22,904 nucleotides of DNA from Nitrospinaceae bacterium (GTDB taxonomy: Bacteria > Nitrospinota > Nitrospinia > Nitrospinales > VA-1). The DNA lies in assembly GCA_046754465.1 (NCBI GenBank), contig JBHHVU010000050.1:1-22904 (forward strand). The letters are read 5' to 3'. Position 1 is the first letter of the stretch. The number at the start of each line of letters is the position of its first letter. Position numbers and translations under genes: made by a program. Under the pieces are notes generated by a model. That model was not told the origin of the DNA. It was given only the letters and a program-made list of their open reading frames with translations, and ran no database searches. This document shows, piece after piece, positions 1 to 8,900 of the stretch.

Positions 1-1
1 C

Positions 2-1129
2 ACCCTGTTCAATGGGTTCCGTCTGGAGGAGGCATTCAGCGAATACCGGTTGTCCCCCGCCGCGAAAAAGGGGGTGACCTGCCAAGATTGTCATATGGGG
101 AAGATCCAGGGAATCCCTTCCGGTTACGAATATGGCCCCGCGGCCAGAGTCGGCGGCAAGCCTACCCGGACGAGGAAGTTGGCCAGTCATTACTTCGCGG
201 GTCCGGATTATTCCGTCGTTCATCCTGGAATATTCCCTCACAATTCAGAAGCCCAGGAACTGGCAACCCTGGAGGAATGGCTTCGGTTCGATTACAAGGC
301 GGGGTGGGGAACGGACGAATTCGAGGACAACCTTCCCGAGGACGCCCAATTCCCGGATCGCTGGGATTCGGCAACCGACCGTTTCGATGCCCGCGAGATC
401 ATCGACGGTCAACTGGAAAAGCTGAGGGTGATGCGCCAAAAGAGACTGGAGGTTTTGCGCAACGGTTACTTCCCTGGAAATATCGTGACCGAGAAGGCCG
501 GCCGGGACGGCATCCATTTCAAGGTGCAGGTGGTGAACGGGACGGACGGACACAATGCGCCCACCGGTTTTACCGGAGAACGCCTGGTTTGGCTCCATGT
601 CAAGGTGATGGACCGGAAGGGGACCGTGATCTTTCAGTCGGGGGATACGGATCCCAATGGCGATGTGCGGGACCGGGAGTCCTCTTACGTTCACAACGGC
701 GAAGCCCCGCTGGATCGTCAGCTGTTCAACCTGCAATCGCGGTTTGTCGTCCAGAATCTTCGGGGCGGCGAAAGGGAGAGGGTGATCCCGATTCCCTATC
801 CGCAAACCACCATTCCCTTCATTCGGCCCTCCACCCAATCGCTTATTTTGAGTGGAGAACCGACGACGGAACGCAACCACAGAAAAGGAATCGAACCCCT
901 GGGTCATCGCTGGGCGAAATACCGTATTTCCGGCCGCGCCCTGACGGGGAAGGGTCCGTACCGGGCGGAAATCCGGCTCATGGCCCAGATGGTTCCTGTA
1001 AACCTGGTGGCGGGCATCCAGGATATGGGTTTCGATTTCCATATGAGCGCGCGCCAGGTGGGGGATGCCGTGGTTGGCGGCAGGGAAGTTATTTGGCAGA
1101 AAAACATTACTTTCAACATCGACCCATAA
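2..1129 (+). CDS. c-type cytochrome, probably multiheme (cytochrome c554-like family), 5'-truncated by the window edge
   Basis: The frame is open from base 2 (TLFNGFRLEEAFSEYRLSPAAKKGVTCQDCHMG...) to TAA at 1129. It has one CxxCH motif (CQDCH), a later H-x-F-x-G motif (HYFAG) and a GH-x-x-PTG motif (GHNAPTG) typical of the C-terminal region of c554-like multiheme cytochromes. Confidence 0.8.
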   Translation, partial: TLFNGFRLEEAFSEYRLSPAAKKGVTCQDCHMGKIQGIPSGYEYGPAARVGGKPTRTRKLASHYFAGPDYSVVHPGIFPHNSEAQELATLEEWLRFDYKAGWGTDEFEDNLPEDAQFPDRWDSATDRFDAREIIDGQLEKLRVMRQKRLEVLRNGYFPGNIVTEKAGRDGIHFKVQVVNGTDGHNAPTGFTGERLVWLHVKVMDRKGTVIFQSGDTDPNGDVRDRESSYVHNGEAPLDRQLFNLQSRFVVQNLRGGERERVIPIPYPQTTIPFIRPSTQSLILSGEPTTERNHRKGIEPLGHRWAKYRISGRALTGKGPYRAEIRLMAQMVPVNLVAGIQDMGFDFHMSARQVGDAVVGGREVIWQKNITFNIDP

Positions 1130-1135
1130 AATCCG

Positions 1136-2644
1136 TTGGAAGTTAAACCGAAAATATCCACAATGCGGCCCGAGGCGATGCCGATGATCTTGATGGCGGC
1201 CACCTGTTGGGGAACTTCCCCATGGAAAGGACGGAGGGGTTTGGCCCTGCTGGTCGGGTGGGGCGTTTTGGTGTGGAACCTTCTTGGCGGTTCGGTCATG
1301 GTTTGGGCGGCAGGATTGTATCCCCTGGGGGAAAAATCCGAGATCAGCCGCCTTTCCGATGAGCCGAAACCATTTCTGACCCCGCCGGATTTACCCCCAC
1401 GCCCCCGTCTCATCTGGGAATTTGGGGATCCTTTTCTGGATACGGGGAAACTGAACGCAGGATTCGACCTGCCCACAGGCGCAGTGTGGCAGCCCCGCCT
1501 TTGGCTGTTTGCCACTTACCGGTCCGCGGTACAGACTTTTGACAACGGGGTCCAGCAAGGAATATCGGAATGGGTGAACCGGTTGGACCTGTTTGCCAAC
1601 CTGCAGTTGACCGGCACCGAAAAACTTGTCCTGGGAATTCGCCCGTTCGACAGGAACCGGCCGGACCGGTTCACGGGTTATGCCTTCGAACCCGACTCCC
1701 AGAAAGAATTCCATGAGGATCTGAATGGAGATATTCGAACCTTCTTCTTTGAAGGGGATCTGGGAAGCCTGTTCCCCAACCTGGATCGGGAAGGAGCCAC
1801 GGCGCTAGATTTCGGCTTTTCGGTGGGTCGGCAACCCCTCCTGTTTCAAGAGGGGATCATGATCAACGATACGGTGGACTCCATTGGCCTTGTCCGCAAT
1901 AATATACGCTTATTTGGGCTTTCCAATTTGAGGGCCACCTTCGTCTACGGCTGGAATGCCCTCGGCCGCGGCAACGCACTTGAAATCGAAGAGGCCAATA
2001 TGTTTGGGCTCTTCAATTCGGCGGATTTGCGTTTCAGCACCGTCAACCTGGATACGATCTTTGTCCACGACCCCCGGCCGCGCGGGCAGAACAGTTTAAA
2101 TATCGGGTTATCCGCCACCCAGCGTATTGGTTTTTTGAACACCACATTCCGTGTCAACAGCTCGATCGCGGAAAACGGGGATTCACCGGCGGCGGGCGAC
2201 GGTACCCTGGTGTCTGCGGAGGTTTCCTGGACCCCCGAGACCTCCGATGACATCTTTTATATCAACCCATTCGTGGCGATTGATAATTTTACCCAGGCGG
2301 GACGCGAACCGGTGGTGGGAGGTCCCCTGGGGACGCTGGGGATTCTCTTTGCCTCGCCGAGCATTGGCAGTTTCAGTTCGGAAATCAACAGCTTCGCAAA
2401 GGAGGTGGCGGGGGTCGCCATCGGCTACCAGGCCTTTTGGGACAATCATCACCGCAATCTGGTGCTTGAGATTGCCGGACGCAAGGACACCAGTGGCAAG
2501 GGATTCGATGATTTCGCCGTGGGATTCCAGCTTCAACAGAGATTGGCTCAGCGAATCCAACTTCAAATCGATGGCCATTACGCGGTACAGGAAAACCGTG
2601 ACAATGGGTTCGGGGCACGTACCGAGATCCTGATCCAGTTTTAA
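1136..2644 (+). CDS. Probable outer-membrane beta-barrel protein; true start uncertain (ATG at 1163, 1178 or 1184)
   Basis: 502-aa ORF starting 6 nt after the cytochrome stop. It has a signal-like segment (RRGLALLVGWGVLVWNLLGGSVMVWA), amphipathic beta-strand patterns and a C-terminal Phe beta-signal (ARTEILIQF). Confidence 0.7.
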   Translation: MEVKPKISTMRPEAMPMILMAATCWGTSPWKGRRGLALLVGWGVLVWNLLGGSVMVWAAGLYPLGEKSEISRLSDEPKPFLTPPDLPPRPRLIWEFGDPFLDTGKLNAGFDLPTGAVWQPRLWLFATYRSAVQTFDNGVQQGISEWVNRLDLFANLQLTGTEKLVLGIRPFDRNRPDRFTGYAFEPDSQKEFHEDLNGDIRTFFFEGDLGSLFPNLDREGATALDFGFSVGRQPLLFQEGIMINDTVDSIGLVRNNIRLFGLSNLRATFVYGWNALGRGNALEIEEANMFGLFNSADLRFSTVNLDTIFVHDPRPRGQNSLNIGLSATQRIGFLNTTFRVNSSIAENGDSPAAGDGTLVSAEVSWTPETSDDIFYINPFVAIDNFTQAGREPVVGGPLGTLGILFASPSIGSFSSEINSFAKEVAGVAIGYQAFWDNHHRNLVLEIAGRKDTSGKGFDDFAVGFQLQQRLAQRIQLQIDGHYAVQENRDNGFGARTEILIQF

Positions 2645-2678
2645 TGGGGATTGGGCAATGGGGTGGATGGGATTCCAA

Positions 2679-2716
2679 GGGGTCCTGAAAACTTCGGGGT
2701 TTGTTTTAGGGTCCCC
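2679..2716. terminator. Hairpin downstream of the beta-barrel gene (possible terminator)
   Basis: GGGGTCCTGAAAAC pairs imperfectly with GTTTTAGGGTCCCC between convergent genes. No U-tract follows. Confidence 0.35.
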
Positions 2717-2782
2717 CCGACAAGGCTTGGGGGAGAGAACAGCCCGGCCGGGTCCCGGCCATGTTGATTCCAGAAAAATTTA

Positions 2783-2847
2783 GGCGGAAACCATCCTCCA
2801 GTTGGTACCGGAGGAGGAGATTTTCAAACTGGGGGATGGAATCCGCC
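2783..2847. repeat. Long inverted repeat between convergent genes
   Basis: GGCGGA-AA-CCATCCTCCAGTT (2783-2803) pairs with AACTGGGGGATGG-AA-TCCGCC (2827-2847). Confidence 0.6.
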
Positions 2848-2974
2848 ATTTCTTGAGACTAAGGCTCGATCCTATTTTTCCAACTGTTGGGGGCGGGCGG
2901 GATTTGAAATTTGAAAAGGGGGGCCGTTCAATTACTTTCAAGGCCCGGATAGGTTCCGGATCCGTTTCTTTATT

Positions 2975-3220
2975 TCATTCCCCGTCCTCGAAGAGTTTCG
3001 AGCGGTCCGAAAGTTTAAAACCCAGCGCCAGAAGGATTTTCCTTTTAGTATCCAACCTGCACTCGAATCCCCTTTCGATACGGTCGATCGTTTGAACGGT
3101 CACCCCGGCCTTGCGGGCGAGTTCCGCCTTGCTCATCATTTGGGACTCCCGGGTTTGGCGCACCCGATTATTTTTCTCCACCGCGATCACACGGATCTCT
3201 TTTTCTGAAAATATGATCAT
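2975..3220 (-). CDS. XRE-family helix-turn-helix transcriptional regulator (paralog 1)
   Basis: 81 aa with a classic HTH_3 pattern (RESQMMSKAELARKAGVTVQTIDRIERG). Strong RBS AGGAGGAAGGA upstream of the ATG. Confidence 0.9.
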   Translation of the reverse strand: MIIFSEKEIRVIAVEKNNRVRQTRESQMMSKAELARKAGVTVQTIDRIERGFECRLDTKRKILLALGFKLSDRSKLFEDGE

Positions 3221-3616
3221 TGGATTCCTTCCTCCTGATGTTACCTGCCACCCGATTTCGATGAGAAGTGAATAACCTTATTGAAGCGGTTTCATCTGAA
3301 AAGTTCAATACCTCAAATGGCGTATATTGAGTTTGCCGAGTTGAGTCCCTTTTTGGCCGGGCGGCTGGACCATTACCCAAAAACCATTGAAAAACCAGTT
3401 ATTAAATATCATTCGGAGCAGCCTGGACGGCAGGATCCGATCTTTAGGAAAGTTTGGAATTTTTGTTGATTGACGGGTAAATATTTAATCAAAAGTATTA
3501 ACTTTTATAATTTTATATAAATTTTCAAAAAAGAAAGGTCCATGGGACCCGATTAAACGGGAATAAAGTCGTTGAAAAAATGAATTTTACGAAATTTTCA
3601 GAAAACAGTCTGTTTT

Positions 3617-3632
3617 TGGCATCCATTCTGCT
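3617..3632 (+). promoter_or_regulatory. Sigma54 (-24/-12) promoter upstream of the LuxR-type regulator
   Basis: TGGCAT-CCATT-CTGCT gives exact GG-N10-GC spacing. An AT-rich, IHF-like tract lies just upstream (about 3563-3590). Confidence 0.6.
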
Positions 3633-3884
3633 TGTTTGATATGAATATCCGATAGTTAGGGGTGTCGTTTAGACAAGAGCTCAACCGGTGCTTCCAGGCG
3701 GGCCGCGAGGGGAAGGGTGCCAGCCTTGGGGAAAGTTTCCTGCAGGTTTGTAGACCCCGCCACGGGCGGCCAGAATGCTGGAAAACAGATACTCCGCCCC
3801 CGGATATGGTTTTCTTCAGAACCAGTCCCCAAGCCGCAGGGTTCATAAAATTTTCCAGGTGCTTGGTAAAAGGGTGGAAAGTCC

Positions 3885-5000
3885 ATGGGAAAAATTCCAA
3901 TGATGGATTCTCTTTGTGAGAAAGATTACCTGACCCTCCAGGGGATCATTCCGCGCCTTTACCAGTGCCGGACCCGGAAGGACCTGAAATCTATATTCCT
4001 ATCCCATATCCTTCCCCTGCTGAAGGCTCAATCGGCCCTATATGCGTGGACCGATCCGGATATCCTGAGTCCGCAACTGATTGATTGCGTCAACATTCCC
4101 AAAAAAGAGATTGCGCTGATCCGGCAATTTATCAACGACGACCCTCGAGCGGGGGCGTTATTGACTCACTCCCATCCCGTCATTGCCCGGGATATCCAGA
4201 TTCCTCGCGAAGTCAATGGCAAGGGGATCGATCCTTTTCGGAAGGGTGGGAATCCCGTAAAAAAGGGATACGGTTATTTCAGCACTTCACACAGTGGCGT
4301 GATCACGCTGGCGCTCCGGGACTCCAGCCTGGGCGCGGGAATCCATCGGCATTTACCCTGCGAAAAACCCTGGACCCTGCGGGATGTTCGGGTCCTGGAG
4401 CATCTCCGGCCTCATCTTCTTCAAACCATCCGAGCCATTGTTCTGACCGAGGAACTGGGCAGGCATAAAACGCTCGTGGAAATTCTTGCCGATTCTCCGA
4501 CAGCCATTGCCCTGGTACAAAAGGATATGAAAATCGGATTCAGCAACCAGACGTTCAGGGAATTGTTCCCGGACGCCTCAGGTCGGCTTCCCGAAGATTT
4601 GTTGCTGTTACTGAAAACCGAGCAATCACGGTGCGAGCCGCCTTTCCAGATCGGGATTCCGGAAAGAAAAGAGCCGGTTTTTAAATTGCCTCAGGGTGAT
4701 TTTGAACTGAATCTTACTCCCTTAAAGTTAAAAAACATTCCTAACAGCGATCCATGGTTGATGCAGTTAAAACCTTTAAGGGGAACCAGTTCCCAAATTG
4801 AAATGTTGATGAGGAAAGCCGGTTTGACCCAGAGGGAAATCGAGGCCTGCAACCTGATTCGTCAGGGTATCAACGCGCGGGAAATCGCCGGCCGGCTGTT
4901 TATCAGTCCCCATACAGTGAGAACTCATATCAAGAAAATTCACCAGAAGCTTGGAGTCCATTCCCGGGCGCAGCTGGTCGCCGCCCTGAACAGATATTGA
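3885..5000 (+). CDS. LuxR-family transcriptional regulator (GAF-like and PAS-like sensor region, C-terminal LuxR HTH)
   Basis: The C-terminal segment GLTQREIEACNLIRQGINAREIAGRLFISPHTVRTHIKKIHQKLGVHSRAQL is a LuxR HTH. A central PAS-like segment (ILADSPTAIALV...FSNQTF) is present and there is no receiver domain. Confidence 0.88.
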   Translation: MGKIPMMDSLCEKDYLTLQGIIPRLYQCRTRKDLKSIFLSHILPLLKAQSALYAWTDPDILSPQLIDCVNIPKKEIALIRQFINDDPRAGALLTHSHPVIARDIQIPREVNGKGIDPFRKGGNPVKKGYGYFSTSHSGVITLALRDSSLGAGIHRHLPCEKPWTLRDVRVLEHLRPHLLQTIRAIVLTEELGRHKTLVEILADSPTAIALVQKDMKIGFSNQTFRELFPDASGRLPEDLLLLLKTEQSRCEPPFQIGIPERKEPVFKLPQGDFELNLTPLKLKNIPNSDPWLMQLKPLRGTSSQIEMLMRKAGLTQREIEACNLIRQGINAREIAGRLFISPHTVRTHIKKIHQKLGVHSRAQLVAALNRY

Positions 5001-5081
5001 TCCTTGCCGCGACGGGGTGGCGCCGCCGGTGCATCCCGGGGGACCGGGTACCGCGGGAATCCGCAATCAGAACCGGAGAAG

Positions 5082-7952
5082 ATGAGAGATAAAATTATGT
5101 TCAACCCGATATTAAGCCGCAAATTGAGTTTGACCCTCCTGGAAAAGGCCTTCGGTCCCAACCATCCCAAAGTGGCCCGTTCCCTGGGCAGCCTGGTGAA
5201 GTCCTATAAAAATAAGAATGACTTCGAGAACATGGAACCCCTGCTTCTGCGTTCACTGGAGATCGGTGAAAAGACCTTGGGTCCGGATCATCCAGACGTA
5301 GCCGGAGTCCTGAACGACCTGGCCGAGTTATATCGCAACAAAGGCGAACCCTTTCGCGCGGAGCCGCTCTTGAAACGATCCCTGAGGATTCGGGAAAAAT
5401 CCCTGGGGCCGGATCACCCCGACGTGGCCACTACCCTCAACAACCTGGCCATCCTGTACGAGGACCTGGGACAATACGCCAAGGCCTATCCCCTGCTCCT
5501 CCAATCGTTGAAGATCCGCGAAAAGTCGTTGAAGCCCGACCACCCCGACGTGGCGGAATCCCTCAACAACCTGGCGGAATTGTATTACTACGACATGGGA
5601 GATTTTAACAAAGCCGAACCCTTGCTGCTCCGGTCCCTGAAATTGCGTGAAGTGTCCCTGGGGCCGGATGACCCCCAGGTGGCCACCACCCTAACCAACC
5701 TGGGGGTATTGTATCAAGCGATGAACCGGTGCGAAAAGGCGGAACCTCTGATTCTGAGGGCGCTTAAGATCAATGAAAAAAAGCTCGGCTCCGAGGATTT
5801 GGAACTCGCCGAAAACGTGGGGTTATTGGGAGATCTATATTTTAAAATGGGAGAGTACGCCAAGGCCGAACCGAATTTCCAGCGGGCTTTGAAAATCAAG
5901 GAAAAATCACTTGGCCCTGACCACGGGGAAATCGTGCCGCTCCTCAACAGCCTGGCTCAGGTGTACCGCAACCTGGGCGATTTTCCCCGCATGGAGCCCC
6001 TCCTGCAACGGTCCCTCAAGATCAGTGAGAGCGCCCTGGGTCCCGAACATGCCGACGTTGCGGCGATTCTAAACCAGTTGGCGGATTGGTACGGGACCCA
6101 GAGGGATTACGTGCAGGCCGAGCCATTGTACCGGCGGGCAATGAAAATCCGGGAAAAGGTTTTTGGACCCGGCCACCAGGAAGTGGCGGAGACCGTCCAT
6201 GGCCTCGCGGTCCTTTATGATGCCATGGGAAATTACTCCAAAGCCGAGCGATTGTATATCCGCGGTTTGCAGATCCGGGAGAAAGCGCTGGGCCCGGATC
6301 ATCCCGACGTGGTGCAATCCCTGAACCATCTGGCCATCCTCTACAAGACCATGAAGGATCACGCCAAGGCAGAACCCCTGTTGCGCCGGTCCCTGGAGAT
6401 CTGTGAGAAATCCATGGGGGCGGATCATCCTTTCGTGATCGAATCCCTCAACAACCTGGCCGAGTTGTACCGGAAGATCGGCGACTTCGGAAAGGTGGAG
6501 CCCTTGTTGCTCCGATCCCTGGAGATCACCGAGCACTCGCTGGGCGCCGACCACCCCGATGTCGCTCAATCCATCACCAACCTGGCGAGATTGTATGAGA
6601 AAAAAGGGGAGCTGGCCAAAGCGGAACCCTTTTTCCAGAGAGTTCTGAAAATTCACGAGAAGAGCCTGGGTTCGGATCATCCCAAGGTCGCCCTGGCGTT
6701 AAACCAATTGGCCGGTCTCTACAATACGATGGGAAATTACCAGGAGGTAGAAACCTTGTTGCGCCGGTCCCTGGAAATTAGCAAAAAAAACCTGGGTCCC
6801 GATCATTTGAATGTGGCCGAGACGCTTCACGGGCTGGCGGATTTGCACCGGAATCGGGGAGAATTCGCCCAGGCGGTACCTCATCTCCTTCGCGCATTGA
6901 AGATCCGGGAAAAAAACCTGCATCCTGATCACCCCGATGTGGCGGCAACCCTCAACAACCTTGCCTACTTGTATCGCCGTAAAGAGGAATTGGGTTTAGC
7001 CGAACCGCTTTACCAGCGTGCCTTGAAAATCTGGGAAAAATCGCTGGGGCCGGACCACCCCGACGTGGCCGCGATTCTCAACAACCTCTCTGATTTATAT
7101 AAAAAGAAACAGGATTATGAAGGGGCGAAATCGCTTTCCCTGAGATCCTTGGAAATTTATGAAAAAACCTTTGGCCAAGATCATCCCGATGTTGCCCTGG
7201 CCCTCGATAACCTGGCGGAACTTTATAAAGCCATGGGCGACTATTCCCATACGGAACCCTTATATATCCGGTTGCTGCAGATCCGCGAAAAATCCGCCGG
7301 GCCGAATCATCCCGAAGTAGCGGAAGCCTTGGTCAATCTGGCGGACATGTATGGGAAATTGAACGATTACCACAAGGCCTATCCCTTGCTTCTACGGGCG
7401 CTCAAAATCAAGGAAAATACACTGGACCCGCACCATATGGAGATCGCCGATATCCTCAACCGGTTGGCGGAGATGTACCGGGCCATGAAGGATTTTCCAA
7501 AAGCCGAATCCATGTTGAATCGGGCCCTGAAAATTGTTGAGGAAAACATGGGGACAGATCATCCCGATCTGACGGAACCCATCAATAACCTGGCCGAACT
7601 GTATTACGAAATGGGGGAATATTCCAAGTCCGAACCCCTGTATCAACGGGCCTTGAAAATCAAGGATAAAACCCTGCGCGGAGACAAAGGGTCCGAAACC
7701 GGGAGCCGCGCGGAGGAACCCGAACCCCCGCGCTATAAAACCGTCCGCATCGAAATCAAGGCCACCCAGGATCAATTGCTGAAAGCCTTACCCTCCATCG
7801 CCAAACTGGCGGAACAGTCCCTGGAAAAAACGATCACCCTCCGGATTGAGGGGACCGTCCGGGAAAAATACGACGCCGCGTGGTTGAGCGAGTTGGTTAA
7901 GAAGGATTCGCGAATGGAGTGCCGAATCGAACAACTCACCGAGAATCCCTGA
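5082..7952 (+). CDS. Tetratricopeptide-repeat protein with 20 kinesin-light-chain-type 42-aa repeats and a small C-terminal alpha/beta domain
   Basis: Repeats of the form GPDHPDVAxxLNNLAxLY...AEPLxxRALxIxEKxL, with 20 GPDHP-like motifs counted. Start moved to ATG 5082 (GGAGAAG upstream) from the TTG at 5004. Confidence 0.92.
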   Translation: MRDKIMFNPILSRKLSLTLLEKAFGPNHPKVARSLGSLVKSYKNKNDFENMEPLLLRSLEIGEKTLGPDHPDVAGVLNDLAELYRNKGEPFRAEPLLKRSLRIREKSLGPDHPDVATTLNNLAILYEDLGQYAKAYPLLLQSLKIREKSLKPDHPDVAESLNNLAELYYYDMGDFNKAEPLLLRSLKLREVSLGPDDPQVATTLTNLGVLYQAMNRCEKAEPLILRALKINEKKLGSEDLELAENVGLLGDLYFKMGEYAKAEPNFQRALKIKEKSLGPDHGEIVPLLNSLAQVYRNLGDFPRMEPLLQRSLKISESALGPEHADVAAILNQLADWYGTQRDYVQAEPLYRRAMKIREKVFGPGHQEVAETVHGLAVLYDAMGNYSKAERLYIRGLQIREKALGPDHPDVVQSLNHLAILYKTMKDHAKAEPLLRRSLEICEKSMGADHPFVIESLNNLAELYRKIGDFGKVEPLLLRSLEITEHSLGADHPDVAQSITNLARLYEKKGELAKAEPFFQRVLKIHEKSLGSDHPKVALALNQLAGLYNTMGNYQEVETLLRRSLEISKKNLGPDHLNVAETLHGLADLHRNRGEFAQAVPHLLRALKIREKNLHPDHPDVAATLNNLAYLYRRKEELGLAEPLYQRALKIWEKSLGPDHPDVAAILNNLSDLYKKKQDYEGAKSLSLRSLEIYEKTFGQDHPDVALALDNLAELYKAMGDYSHTEPLYIRLLQIREKSAGPNHPEVAEALVNLADMYGKLNDYHKAYPLLLRALKIKENTLDPHHMEIADILNRLAEMYRAMKDFPKAESMLNRALKIVEENMGTDHPDLTEPINNLAELYYEMGEYSKSEPLYQRALKIKDKTLRGDKGSETGSRAEEPEPPRYKTVRIEIKATQDQLLKALPSIAKLAEQSLEKTITLRIEGTVREKYDAAWLSELVKKDSRMECRIEQLTENP

Positions 7953-8197
7953 TCATCGCGGGAATACACTCCCGTGACTGGTCTTCCTGTATTGGGGGAG
8001 ATTGCAACCCAAGCTCCCCCCTCCCGGAGAATAATTCCCCCGCCAGGGGATGTCCACCCCAACCCACCCCATTGCTTTTTACCCGATTGTGACATCGGGT
8101 TGACCTCCTTGTAACCTCCGATTCCTATACTGGGTCAAAGAAGTTTTTCAGGGAATCCATTGTTTCTTTCCCAGGACCCCTTTCCCAAGGAATCACC

Positions 8198-8677
8198 ATG
8201 AAAAAAACAAATTTGGCCGTTTTCCTGCTGAGTATTTTTCTATTGGGATCGGCCGGGTTGGCAAACGCCGGAATTGAAAAAAAATCGAAAATCCCGGGAA
8301 ATATTCAGGCGGAAATCGATGAACTCAAAAAGTCCCAAACCCAAAATCCCGCCGATCCCGATATCTATTTCATTTTGGGGACGGATTATTGGCGGCTGGA
8401 TCAATACGAAGAGGCGATCAAAAATTTTCAGCGTGCCGTCCGGCTCCAACCGGATTATTTTTCCGCCCATTGGAATCTCAGTTTACTTTACAATCTCCAG
8501 GGAGAGGGGGCGGATGCCATCATTCATATGAAAAAAGCGGAGCGGCTTTTTTTGAAAATGAAAGATGTGAAGGCCTTGGCCCAGGCAAGAAAAAAGTTGC
8601 GGAACTACTTCGTGAAATACCGCTACAAACCGGAAGATTTTGAAATATCCACCGGATTCTGGGAAAAACTTTTCTAG
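8198..8677 (+). CDS. Exported TPR protein
   Basis: Sec signal peptide (MKKTNLAVFLLSIFLLGSAGLANA), two 34-aa TPRs (DIYFILGTDYWRLDQYEEAIKNFQRAVRLQP...) and RBS AAGGA. Confidence 0.85.
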   Translation: MKKTNLAVFLLSIFLLGSAGLANAGIEKKSKIPGNIQAEIDELKKSQTQNPADPDIYFILGTDYWRLDQYEEAIKNFQRAVRLQPDYFSAHWNLSLLYNLQGEGADAIIHMKKAERLFLKMKDVKALAQARKKLRNYFVKYRYKPEDFEISTGFWEKLF

Positions 8678-8900
8678 CAAGGCGAGGCAAGGGGTCAAAG
8701 TCTTTTCTTAACCACAACTTAAAAACTTCCCTTGAATGGACGGAATTTCAGGTTCACGCCCATTCCGGCTATCCCCTTCCTTCTGTCAACCCACCCGCAA
8801 CTTTTTTCTCCATGAGAGACCTTTGCATAAGTATGATGTTTTATGTTGATGGATGGAGATTTAAAATCCCCCCGTCCCCTTCAGGAGAAGTTCAAACCCT

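Noticed and set aside
88..1146. Long alternative ORFs 88..1146(+) and 245..1042(-)
   Set aside because: Shadow frames of the cytochrome gene, with no motifs; the + frame is Arg/Gly/Pro-rich.
3290..3340. GGCAAAC-stem on the minus strand upstream of XRE paralog 1, reminiscent of a c-di-GMP-I riboswitch
   Set aside because: Lacks the GNRA tetraloop, the GACGCAAAG junction and the second stem.
3683..3770. Cobalamin-riboswitch-like fragments (GGTGC, GGGAA-GGGTGC, CCCCGCCAC)
   Set aside because: Spacing is wrong, there is no B12 box and the downstream gene is unrelated.
5150..7670. 126-nt periodic repeats that could suggest a CRISPR array or DGR
   Set aside because: They are degenerate in-frame TPR coding repeats, with no identical repeat-spacer pattern, cas genes or reverse transcriptase.
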